Part shown: in pieces, positions 35,927 through 47,900 of the stretch | How the letters are laid out: the number at the start of each line of letters is the position of its first letter | Numbering within the stretch: position 1 is the stretch's first letter | NCBI GenBank assembly: GCA_013265495.1 | Contig: MU058221.1 | Coordinates: 434,001 to 498,000, forward strand | Length of the DNA stretch: 64,000 nucleotides | Direction: 5' to 3' | DNA from: Vicugna vicugna | Lineage: Eukaryota | Translations under genes and position numbers: made by a program | The notes under the pieces: generated by a model | Seen by the model: the letters and a program-made list of their open reading frames with translations, nothing else | Databases searched by the model: none | Told to the model about the DNA's origin: nothing

Positions 35927-37719
35927 GGGCAGTTTATTTTAACTGATAGCTACTTAATTTTGAATGCAAATAAAGTGAATTTTAGTTATGAATTTACTTA
36001 GTTAAATTTTCAATGTATTATTATTTTAGAGTTGATTTTCATTACTATTTTATTTGAAACACATGAAATTATCTATGTATAACTTATGCTGAGAATTTTT
36101 AAACTTTTTTAAAATGTGAATATTAATAAGCAATGTCAAAAAGGAAATAAATTACCTGATGAACAAAAGTTTGGGGAACATGTGCTTATACTAATTGTAA
36201 ATGTTTATTTACAGTAGAATATTTGGAATTATACACAATTTACCTATTAATATACTTTTTTTGTATTTCAGGAGAAGAAAAGCACATGCAGGATTTTGGA
36301 CAATTATTTCATAAATGCACCCTCTTTCATGGGCATGCTCTTTACCAATCATTTTGAGGAATCCTAGCTACCAAACACCCATGGATAATGGGACACACAA
36401 GCCAGATCCATATTCTCCACCATACCAGAGCTCATATTTTCCCTCAGATGCTATCCTTATATTAAATTGTCCCTTGTAGCAGGATGGAAAAAAAGAGTTT
36501 TATTTCTGGGTTAATTGATAGTACCGAGTTTTCATAAGGGCTGACAGTTTTCATGTTTTGAGAATGGTGCAGGGGCGGCAGTGCAAAAGAGAGGAGTAGG
36601 TTGAATCAAGGAAAGGCAATCGTGTGGAGAGTCATTTCTCTTTTAACAGATTCTTGCCTTTGTTCTCAAGACATGTATTATCAATGAGACGCTCCTTGTC
36701 CATCCTTCTTTGGGATAGCATGATTTCTCTTCCTGAAAATGCAAAAATTTCTAATCTTTGATGTAATATCTTAGCACAAGTGAAAGAAATCCTAAAACCA
36801 GGAGCTGGAATATTTCCCAAGCTGTTTTTTTGGGGGGGGGTATATATATATATATACACACACACATAAGAGAAATTGTCCAAAGTAAGTTCTATGCATT
36901 TTTAAGGATAATGATGGGGGAAAAGATTTTATTAAATGAGTGTATTGCTATGTTTCTATAGAAGGTGACTTTAAAAAATTTACATAAGAAAAAGAATCAT
37001 ACTGATCAGTGCTCTTTACCAAATTCTTCCTTAAAAAATATGTTTCAAAAGGAAACGTTCTTAATTTTTATGTTGAATTAAAATACCTGATTCACAAATA
37101 TTTGCAACTAGATCATAATCTCCTTGCCTTTGAGCCTGTATCTTACAATTCCAGTTCTTTCACAGACTTAAAATAATGTCCAGCGATCCCTTAGAGGTTC
37201 AAAACAATTTTCCAGAAAGAAAAAAATTGGAAATGCACGTGATGTGTTCCCGTCACACAAGGAAGGGATTTCTAATACTAGTAATTGGTGGAGGGCAGTG
37301 AAAGGGGTTGACTCAGAGCACAGGCATGAAGGATGATGGAGAGATATACGTCCTCATGCCCACAGTGACGGTCATGTAGCACCGATGGATAATTACTAGT
37401 CCCTGAAATGTGAACTCTCTATCCTTTTAGATTCTTACCTGTCGAATTTCAATTTTCCAACTTTTTGTCTCACAAGTCTTCAAGTTAAACATATTATTCT
37501 AGACAAACAAGGTTTTTCTGTGTTATCCCAAACCCTTTTTGCCCATCTATATTTTCATGCCATATCTTTTTCCTTCTTTACAGTCATCCATATCTTATTT
37601 ATTTTTCAAGACCTACCCCAAATTCAATATGGTCCATAAAGAGACCCAATTACTAGACTCTCAGTGAAAAGCAAGTGATTGTGCTACAGACAGATTAGAA
37701 GATGGCAGCATAGGAAGGG

Positions 37720-37970
37720 CGTAGATTAGGACTAAGAAAGGTGGATTCACATCTTGGATGTATTAATAATTCAGAGACATAAGGGAATTAATGAAGAGTT
37801 TTAATCCTCAGTTTGCTCATGTGATACTTGAGGATGAAAATAAGTAGGATCCAAAATTACTACCAAGATTGAACACCATGATTAAACAAGAAATATGGGA
37901 AAGTAGAATAAAAGTTATTTCTTCATTCTATGCCAAGTATTCTGCACATAGTAGGCACTTCACAAGTGTC
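37720..37970 (+). mobile_element. MIR SINE (degenerate)
   Basis: cctcagtttgctcatgtgatacttgaggatgaaaata...ctgcacatagtaggcacttcacaagtgt. Confidence 0.55.
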
Positions 37971-39954
37971 GCTCTTCTCTTCCCACCTTCCCATCTGAAG
38001 AACAAGGACCATATCACCGTGTCATTGGCTGCATGTTTTGTGTGTTTTCACACATCGTGCCCAGTCCAGTATTACATACATAATTTTCTCAATAACTCTA
38101 CTGTTAATGCCTAACTGATTCTAAAAATTAAATTTCCCAATTCCTAATAATTAAGAGGAAAATGGAAACACCAGCAAAGGCTGGAAATGGAGCAAATGTC
38201 ACAGTTAAGATTCATGGCGTACCTCTTTATTTTCCCACTTACGACCTTTAAGTTAAAGTTTCCCACAGACTCTTGTAAGACATCCGAAGGATTGACACTG
38301 TTTCTGAATATAATGAATTCCCAAAGTGCCGACTGATTTTGACCAAAGAGAAGCTGCCAGGACGGGTAAGTCTGGAGCTCCACTCGGGCTTAGGGCCTGG
38401 TTTTGCTGACCGCACAGTCAGGGAATACTGTGAGCAGTTCTATTTATCTAAGAGATCAGCCTCTTGCTTGGTTTGCAGGTGCAGCTACAAATTTCAGGTG
38501 ATTTGCAGTGGGAAGCACACCGAGTCTGAAGTTATAACGGAGCTCAAGGCTCGCGGCATCTTTTGCGAGACGCTCTGATTTTATGATTTTGGGTAGGTGC
38601 CACCACATTTTTCTTCCTTCCAAGTGCAATAAAAAATGATGCCATTCAAGCTGAAAAGCTTAACAACCACTTTACCCTTATAGAATCCGTAGCTAATGTA
38701 CTGAAAGAGCAGGGGTATCGCTGCAAATGTAATTTGGGGTTTTGTCTGGGCATTTCTTTATGCCTTAAAAATGGGTTTGCATTGAGGACAAGTGAGTTAC
38801 CTAAAAGATTAAAGATAAAGATGCAAAGCCTGATCTATTGTTGCTGAAAGAACCAGAGAGAAGGGAACACTGGGTTTAGAGATGATGGAGATTGTGAACT
38901 ATCTTCTGAAAGACATCCTGCTCGACTAGCCGTGGCTTTAGCTAGCTGCTTAGTGTTTCCAGGGTCCAGTTTTCTTACTACCAATTTGACAGAGTCAGAG
39001 TTGAAGGCCTTGTTTCCTTCACAATCCAGGAATGTGCTCCTCTGAGGAAATCTGCACGGTTTGCTTGTCAGTTTATTTGTTGGATCGACCACTCCGCGTT
39101 TTCCTAAGAGCCCTTCTGCAAAGCGAAGTTGTCCTGCTGGGATGTGGACAATTAAAAACGTAGTTGTTTTGCCCGAATTATGCTATGATTTTGATGACAA
39201 TGAAAAGTTACATTTTTGATTCTATTAGCTAATCACGTAAGAAACAGTGCCTATGAGCCTCAGAAAAGGGAACAAGGAGAAGTGCTGCTTTTACGAGCGC
39301 GAAGCTTTAATACAACTCAGTTTATTTACTGTTGAATCTATCGTACGTATGTTAACATCTCAAGGAAACATCACGTCATCCAGTCCTATTCATATTTAAC
39401 TAGTAATCTGAACACTCATCATCTGTAACACGCCACCCTGGGGATTTTCCTTGCACTTTTGAAGGCTACCGTCACAGCAGCCTTACCACAGGCCGCAAAA
39501 TGAGTGAGCAGGACTTGCAGCGTGACCCATCTTCTAATTCCGAAGTAGCAGCCTTTCCTGACACCTGTTCTGCTAAATTATGCCTCTCACCACCACTCAG
39601 CGCAGCCTGGAGGCGCCGTTCACCTTGGCTCCTACCCTAATCACAGCTTCATTCTATCCTTAAAATCATCTCTGCTTTTTCAAAGTGTTGGCCCTCCGTC
39701 CTAGGCTATGCAAGTTTTACACTTACGTTAAGATCCAGATGGTGTCCCAATCCTCATCAGAAATCCTTAATAATAACTACATCGATTTCATTTACTCTCT
39801 TTTCTGAATATTTTTAGTAAGTTTTGTCTGCATAACTTTTGGATGTATTTTTATGCTCTCTTACATTATTATTAAATTATGGTTTGTTTATAAGCTCTTC
39901 TTTTGAAAAATCATATTTTTCTGGCCACACAGAAGATGTATAACAATTATTGTT

Positions 39955-40640
39955 TAATCCACTCATTCAATAAAAAATTAAATTTTCTTTGCTCTGAAGC
40001 AAGCAAATATGATAAAGTACTCTTAACCTTTTGGAAATTCAAAGAGTAAGATAGAGTTACAGATGCTCGAACAAATAAATCAAAATACTACAATACAATT
40101 CATGAACACACTTGCCTTTAATGTTGTTTTAAGAATAGATATGAAAAGTAGCCTTTTGGAGGATATGGTAGGATTCAGAACATACCAAGGAGGAGGCTGG
40201 AAATCAGTGAAAAACTGAGCTTCTTTTCAGACAAGAGAAGATTTTGACATTAGAAGAAATAATGTATGCAAAAGCAAGCACAGTATGGTGTGTTCTCAGA
40301 AAAGGATGGGATTCTATGCACTAGAGCAAGTTAAATAATAAAAGATGACACAAAACTTATAATTTGGTACCTGCCTGTTGAAAACTCTATGCTACGCTGA
40401 AAAATCTAGGCTTTATCTTTGGAGACACTGAAGATTTTTCAGTTTTGTGTTTAGCAGAGCTTTGATGTAAAATATTTGGTGCTGGAGAGATAAGGCTGGG
40501 TACTGTGTGGAGGATGCTTTGGGAGGAGCTGTTGTTACTAATACAGTTGTGAAGAAGGAGAGATAAAAATTGATTCAAGAGCTGTTCAAGACATATAATC
40601 AACAGAACTGATTGAATTGAGATAGACTCTCAGTCACCTA
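39955..40640 (-). mobile_element. L2 remnants, antisense
   Basis: ccactcattcaataaa start; tatgcaaaagcaagcacagtatggtgtgttc; gattcaagagctgttcaagacatataatcaacagaactga. Confidence 0.5.
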
Positions 40641-41319
40641 AGATTGTTTTTTTTTTTTAATATAAGTCAGCCTCTATTTCAACATCTAAATTGTTGAGAG
40701 CACCTGTCACCATCTAAACAGAACTCAATTGCTTTCTTGCTGTTTTTTTTCTAAGACAAACCAAACACTGGTCCTTGCCCTTTGGATGTTAAGCCTGCTT
40801 TTGAGTGGGAACACTGCTCAGCTGTGGATGACTTGTCTAAGAAATGTTACCCAGAATATAACTTAAAAGTGACCTCCTTTAGCACTACTCAAAACAGGCT
40901 AAGTGGCAAACACTCGTGCACAGCAAAACATTCGTTAATCCTAAAGAAGAAAGAGCCTGAATGCTTCGCTCTTTTCCACACTGAATATCTGGCTATAATA
41001 CACCCACAAAAGTATTAAGATCAATCCCAGATGAAGTCAGTTTCCAGAGGGCAAAGGAAGCAGAACAATGCAGGATTGGCTGGTGCTCTGCAAGTGCAAG
41101 TGCAACCGCGGTACTGCAGCTGATCCTACACGATGCTCACCCGCCACACCCAGTATCGAAGGGAATGCGTTTTCTCAGTGACGTAACATTCAGTTGTCTT
41201 TCCCTCCCAGTTATGGAAATTGTTGAAAGTTCGTATACACCTGCCTCCCCTCAAGGCTGCAGGTACTCATTCGTCTGCCCCTTCAAGCACTCAGTACTTA
41301 AGAAGATCTTTCCTCATGG

Positions 41320-41872
41320 TCTGCGTTGGTGGTGCCCGCTCTGAGCTGGCGGTCTCACAGCCTACACACGCTACTTCCTTCTTAGCAGCTAATGCTTGAT
41401 TTTGTTCAAGGATGCATCACATTTCCAGCAGATGAGTTATGACTGCTCTAAGGCAAAAGCAACAGAATATCTCCCATAGCTCGAGACTTACTGCCATGGT
41501 CCCCTGTGCAACCGGAAGACGGTCTTGAGACAAATACGGCCCAGTGAGACGTCAGCATCCAACTCTAGGGGACTGTGAGGCGACTCTGGCTGAGCTAGTC
41601 GTACTGAGACTTTGCCCTCACCTTCCCTCAGCAAACACATAAATCTTTAAAACGAGTCGTGGCACAGCTGGAGTAGCAGTCAGCTTTTAACTGTGCGTAA
41701 CAAACACAATAATCCAACGTGGTAGAACTAAAGGAATGAAGACCTGGGTTCCCAGGGGTGTTGATAACCCGCTTTCTGAAGGCAAAAAAAGTCCTAATTT
41801 GTATAGATTATCAGTTTTAATTGTGTAAATATTCCTACTGTGGCTGAATTGAAATTACCAATCACTGCACAT
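41320..41872 (+). mobile_element. Old MaLR LTR (MLT1J/K/L-like)
   Basis: tgattttgttcaagg...atgactgctctaagg...ggcccagtgagacgt...agacctgggttcc, with a degenerate MLT1-like 3' end. Confidence 0.5.
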
Positions 41873-41944
41873 ACAGCACACCACGAAGGACAAACATTGA
41901 GCCATTGAGCCTGCTCTGGACCATCCACCTTAAGATAGCTCTGT

Positions 41945-42480
41945 TTATTTTAAAAATATTTTTCAGCACCTGTTATGTGCCAGAGGCTCCTCAAGGCACT
42001 TGAGATACATCAGAGTGCAGAATAGAGAAAACAGATCTCGGCCCTCGTGGAGGTGCGGTTCTAGAAGAAAGGGAAGGATGGTCAGAGACAAACGTCACAG
42101 ATAACTGACTCATGTAATATTTTAGAATTTGGTAAGTATTATTTTAAAAGGAATGAAGCAGTAGATCAGAGAGTAAGGAAGACAAAGAGATTCTGGTGAC
42201 CAGAAGAGGCAACTTTCAGTAACAAATAAGGTGGCTCAGGCAGGATGCACTGAGACCGTGACATTTGACCAAAGATTTGAGAAAGAGAAAAGGTTTAGCC
42301 CAGTAGGTGTCTGAGAGAGGAGCGTTCCAGGCAGAGAGAACTGTCGGAGAAAAGCCTCGGAGGCCTGATGGGGGAGTCACCAGGAGCAAGAAGAGGAAGA
42401 GGAGGGATGAGGTGACAGGTGCGCGAGCAGGCAGCCCCTGCAGGGCGTCGGCCATTGAGGTTTGACCGTCACTGCTGAAA
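41945..42480 (-). mobile_element. L2a 3' region, antisense
   Basis: cagcacctgttatgtgccagaggctcctcaaggcacttgagatacatcag...gccctcgtggag...gtgacatttgaccaaagatttga...gagcgttccaggcagagagaac. Confidence 0.85.
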
Positions 42481-43920
42481 TAACTGAAGAAAACGACTGA
42501 CGCCTCTCTAAAACGGACGGTCACTTAGGAATGCCCAGCCGTGTTCTTCGACAGTTCTTAAACCCTAACTCCCGCTCTGCGACATCAATCTCCCTTTAGG
42601 AATTAAGATACTCCACAAGAAAACATTTTCTCCTTAAATGAGCTAAAGCTATTAAAATTTTATACATTTTCCAATTTGTTATGAAACAAAACATAAACAC
42701 CCTAGCATTGTTTCTCTTATTTGACAAATGACAGAATCATATAAAACACATAATAAAGTTTCCTTTAAAACTAAACCGAATTACGAAACACATTCTGGGA
42801 ATAGATTAATGGTAGAAAAACGCACTTCTTTCATACTAGCCTTTTCTTTTGCCACCCAAATTCTGTTTAATGAAACCACAAAAACCCCCATGAAATCAGA
42901 TTATTTTAAATCAATGTTAAAATAAAACTAGCACATGATAACATCAGCATGCCAAAATGTAAACAAAAAAATTCTGAAAACGTATAACGTGGATGAGTCT
43001 GAGGGCACGAACTTGGAGGAGGAGACGTTATCCAGCTGTTGGCACGTGTGGGCACGGCGTGCGGCTACTGGGGCTTGATGACAAGGCCCCGGCTGGGGCG
43101 AGGAGCTTCAGGGGAAACTCCCGATAATGCTGCTGCTGATGGGTGAGAGCAAACAGCACAACGCATTTAGAAAAAGTCTCTTCTGGATTTATTCAAGCGG
43201 GAAATTAAAGTAAGCAGTTCACAGAAGAACCACAAGTGCGTACTCCGGTCACCACTCAGTTACCCTGATAATCAAAGAAGCACACTAAGGAAAAAAAGAA
43301 GTTTCTTTTTTATTTGTATATATTTTAATTAATATTCTGTTAGATATAATATCCAACATAGTTGAATTGCAGGTTAAGAAGTGTCTTATACATGTAAATG
43401 TGAATGTTGAAATAGGAACATTTGTTAATAAAAAATATTAAGCCTTATGCATCTAAAGCCTTGTCAACATGCCTAGACTTTATCTCCGACATTCGATTTC
43501 CAAGAATTTCCATTAACGTGTTAATCTTGCTTTGTGTAATTTGTTTACAAGTATCCTTCTAATAGGGAAAAATAGGAAATGACCTAAATGTTTAATACAA
43601 CTTAGCACAAAATAAATCAGAAACCTGAACTGTTCAGAATCCCAGGGTTTGGGGGACACAAAATGCTGAGTCACAGAAGTGAAGTTAGCAGGAGGCGTTG
43701 GGTGCTGCTTGGCGCCTCTGCGGAGTGGCTGCCCCGTCCGGTAGCGCGGGTGTGTGCGCTCTTGGAGTACAGTCCCTTCCGGCTGAGAGTGTGTCCCTGG
43801 CAGGCGAGGAAGCTTAGATTAAAAGGCCGTTTTCCGCAGTGCTCAGAATATGCTTTATTCGGGATCGAGCAATCCCGTGTTCTTCGCTACTTCCACCTAC
43901 AGTTGCTGCGAGCTTGGCTC

Positions 43921-43989
43921 AGTGTTCAGCACAATTTTTCAGTCATACGTGGACATATACACACCGATTGTCACATTGTTTTCTTTGTG
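43921..43989 (-). mobile_element. 69-bp internal fragment of the camelid-type L1 3' UTR between 11-bp direct repeats
   Basis: agtgttcagcacaatttttcagtcatacgtggacatatacacaccgattgtcacattgttttctttgtg aligns to 26621-26690. Flanked by gagcttggctc at 43910-43920 and 43990-44000. Confidence 0.85.
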
Positions 43990-44869
43990 GAGCTTGGCTC
44001 TTTATTCAGGGAAGCGCATGGAAAGGGTGACAAAGCCAGCTGCCACTTCTCAGGTGAGAAATAAATGCTGAGACAGGCTATTGCCCTGCAAAGATCACGC
44101 TGAAGGTCGCTGCTCCGGGCCAGACACAGCGACACCAGGAGCAGTGCGGCCTTCCAGACTGAAAGGGAAGAGGGTGTGTTCGGAGGAGAGGAAGGGTCAA
44201 ATTACACAATACATACTTACTATTATATATATATACACGTGTATAATGCTGTGTATCAATAATAACAAAGTTATGGTGGCGTCAGATAACTCAGTTTCTT
44301 TATTAAACTGAATTCTGTTGACTCATGCTTGAGCCAAGTAAGAACTGAAAATGACGACCTTATTCACATATATTTGTTGACTTTGAAGGAGAAGTTGGCG
44401 CTAAAAGAGAAATGTAGCTTTAATCTATGAAGACCCCTAGCTGGCAAGATGCATTCTTATGTTTGCGGAAAACCTGTTTGTTAAGAATGGTGCCACCTGT
44501 ATGTTTGTTAGTGTAACCCAAGGCCGATTCTACTTCCAGACCACCTGTCTGCCCTCCAATGACCTACTTTTGCCAGGACAGAATTTAAGACATATGCCAT
44601 CACACCAGCATTCAAAGTTGGACGAATTTAGCTGGAGATTTAAAACAAATCCCATTCTGGACACTTCCCCCTCCCACCTACCCATCACTTTCATTCTTCT
44701 GTTTTTTGCAGACTCGTCCATATCCTCCAGGCTATTATAAACTTCTGGGAAGAGAGAAAATCTAGCTGCCAAGAGCCATCTACTTGCATATAATTCAATT
44801 CTTACAATGTCTCAGTAAGATAGATATTATTAAGAGTGTGCCTGTGTGTGTGTGTGTGTGAGAGAGAGA

Positions 44870-44985
44870 GAATCAGGATGAAGAGATTAAAGATACCCTT
44901 TGGATCACATAGTTAGTGTAGCAGATACAGGACCTGAATCTTGAACTGCCTGACACTAAATTTAACGTTGTTTCCACTATTCTTT
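44870..44985 (-). mobile_element. MIR fragment after a (TG)n(AG)n microsatellite
   Basis: agagattaaagataccctttggatcacatagttagtgtagcagatacaggacctgaatc...gcctgacactaaa. Confidence 0.6.
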
Positions 44986-47900
44986 GCAGGTAAAAGAGTT
45001 TTATATTTATATATCTTTGATTCCCCCCTTTTGTTGCCTAAGGTCAAGTTCACAGTTTTTCAAATAATAATTTTAAATAGATGTTATACATAAATAACTA
45101 AAACACCCTCCCAGAAATTAATAGAAAATAAAGGAAGAGAAAGTCATTTTCCTTATATACTTATTCCCAAATTAATTTTCACAATCCTTCTGATGATGCA
45201 GAAAGTAAGATGATCATATTTCACACGTCATTCACACTCAGGGATCTGAAGTATAGTGGGTGACTGAATGCGACCCCAAAAGGTCTTACATATCTGGAAT
45301 GTCAGGTAGCACCTAATTAAGATGGGATTTAGTAAGAATAAACATTAAACACTACACTCCGATTTTTAAAAATTGTCTGCAAGACTTAAAAAGATTTAGG
45401 CACACCTCACTTACACTAGCTCACTGCTAGCTCACATCATGGGTAACCAAACAAATTATACCCCATTGATAGGATGATGGCAGGGTGACTGAGTAAATTG
45501 AGAATATTCCGTCAAAGGAATTCTGCTTTGCACAATAAAAGTCCTGGGAAAGATATGGTAGCCTTCCTGCAGTCCTTTGATATGATCATGTGGAATGAAA
45601 AATGAACTAATTCTCTTTGTTTTTAAAGCGGTGGAATTCAGGTCGAAAGGCAGAATGTGGAGAAGAGAGTTTCCTCTCACATGTCACCACGTTGGCCAAA
45701 GACCGAGTGAAATCCCCAGGGGCACACAGTTCCTCAGCCCTTGAATAGTTTATGCTGAGATTTAAAAGCCGTTTGTTGTGGGATTTTGAAAAGTGATTTC
45801 AGGCTCATGCGGTGCTTCTAAAGCACCTAAATCTTGGTATTCACTTCTGTGCCTCGTACTTTTGCAGGAGAAAGCTGTCACTGGGACCCTGGCAGCTTCT
45901 CCACCTGCTGTCCTGGTTCGGTTCGGTTGCCCACCACACCCTTCCACACGCAAGCATAGTTACGGAGTGCTTCGCACATGCTGTTTCCAGAAGTGTTTTT
46001 GCTGGTTTGTTTGTTTGGTTCTGTTTTGTTGGTGTTGCGTCTTCGAATCCTTTCTTTCCCTTTGGACAGTACGTCCCATGAGGACAGGGGCCATGCTCAT
46101 CCTGGTTTTCATGCTCTACCCACCTTTGTGCAGGAAGGAGTCAACCACATACTAACCACATACTAGGGTCCCCTTTTCAGGAGCCACTTTTGTGTATTCT
46201 CTGGAAGTAAAAAAATGTCAAAAGCCAAAAAAGGGTTGATGCCAACACCACCATGGGATCTAGGGGAAGGGCATGGCCCACCTAGCTCAGTGGTCATTTT
46301 GAATGCAGTTTATGAAATTAAAGGAAGTTTTTTCCAGTAGAACAGCTTGCATTTCATACCTGATTTTTGTTCTTCACTTTATCAGAGCAATTATTATCCT
46401 TTCATGAAACTCTTATTCCTAATTTGAAGAGGTCAAGTCTCCTAGGTTTTCACTGAGCATCTGGTCTGACATGATTTTAAGGTCCTTCCCATCATTGCTA
46501 ACAATTAAAATTTAAACATTTTAGAATCAAGGGAGTCATTAAGCTCTAACTTTATTTTAAAGGAATAAATCAGGCAGAAGTATACATACTTATAATATAA
46601 ATATTAACTAAATAAAAGGCATGGACTATACATTTAAATGAGAGAGAGAGAGAGGGAACTGTCATCATCCCCTGCCCCTGTTTAAGAGGAAGATGTTTTG
46701 CATGGTCACACTGCATATTCCCAGGGAGAAAACAGGAAACTAAATTAATCTTTAGACCTCTGAAGATTAAGGGAGAGTCCAGCATACTAGTTACTTCCCA
46801 TTATGTATGACAGATATTCTGTATATCAAAATTTTCACGTTGAGGTAATTTAAATTATGTTGAAGAAGGCACAGGTTACTCTCAGGGCGATCCATAAAAA
46901 CTCCACGTAAGACTTTACTTAGTAGCTGGAGTGAAAAGAGCAGGTGCAAAGGAGCCTTGGTCCTGTCCTGCATCCCATCCCTGAATGTAAACAAAATGGA
47001 GTAACTTGGTATAGGGTGCTCTTGCCAAAGAGGACTCCCAGTTACCGGCCTCCCTGCAAGATCTGTCCAAGGTTATGAAATTAAGTCCCTTTGAGGATCA
47101 CTGAACATTTCAGAGTTAATGCAAACCTGTCTGTATGCACTTCAGTGGAGGGACAGTCTTGGTTCCCACCGTCCTTCTCTTTGAAGCCTTGACGAGCTTG
47201 CCAACATGGAACAATTATGATGCAGTGATCTCATTCTGAACATTTTCCTCAGGGTTTTCATCAGCTCTGCTGGTTACCTTTCTTTCCTTGGAGCAATTTC
47301 AATTTCCAAATGACTCAGCAAGCAGCATTGGATCAATACTGTATTTTCCCTCTTTCAGATCTGGAATGGCTCTTCATCTTTTTTTTTTTTTCCTAAGACA
47401 AATTTAAAACCTTTCCCTTCCAAAAGGCAAAACTTTGAAAACTATGAACTGCATCCTTTTTCAAACAATCCTTGATGGATGTGTCACGTTGTGTCACTCC
47501 TGTCTCCTTGCATTGAACCAGTCAATGCGCAAGTGAGAATGATGGACTGAACTGAACGAGAACCATCAGGATGCAATGTGACGCCTGCTGGACAGACGTC
47601 TCTGAGGTTTTACAACAGATTCTGCCAATGCATACAAATAAGACGGCCTTCAGATTATGTCTGCAAACCCAACTGGACACAGATAAGTCCAGTATTAAAA
47701 AATTAAAGATGAAATACCAGGGATGTGGCCCAAACTCTGGAAGCACCTTTGCTGCTGATTTCGTCTGGGTATTTTGGTGTGGGCGGTGTGTGTTTCTTTT
47801 AATTTTTGGTTTGTTTTCCGTTTATGAGTGTTAAGAGTTAGCTGCTATAAAAATCCTTCAGGGATTTTCCAGTTGAAGACATATTTGCCATTAATTTCGT

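Noticed and set aside
43663..44071. 133 aa ORF and overlapping ORFs
   Set aside because: They read through the inserted L1 fragment and give no recognisable protein.
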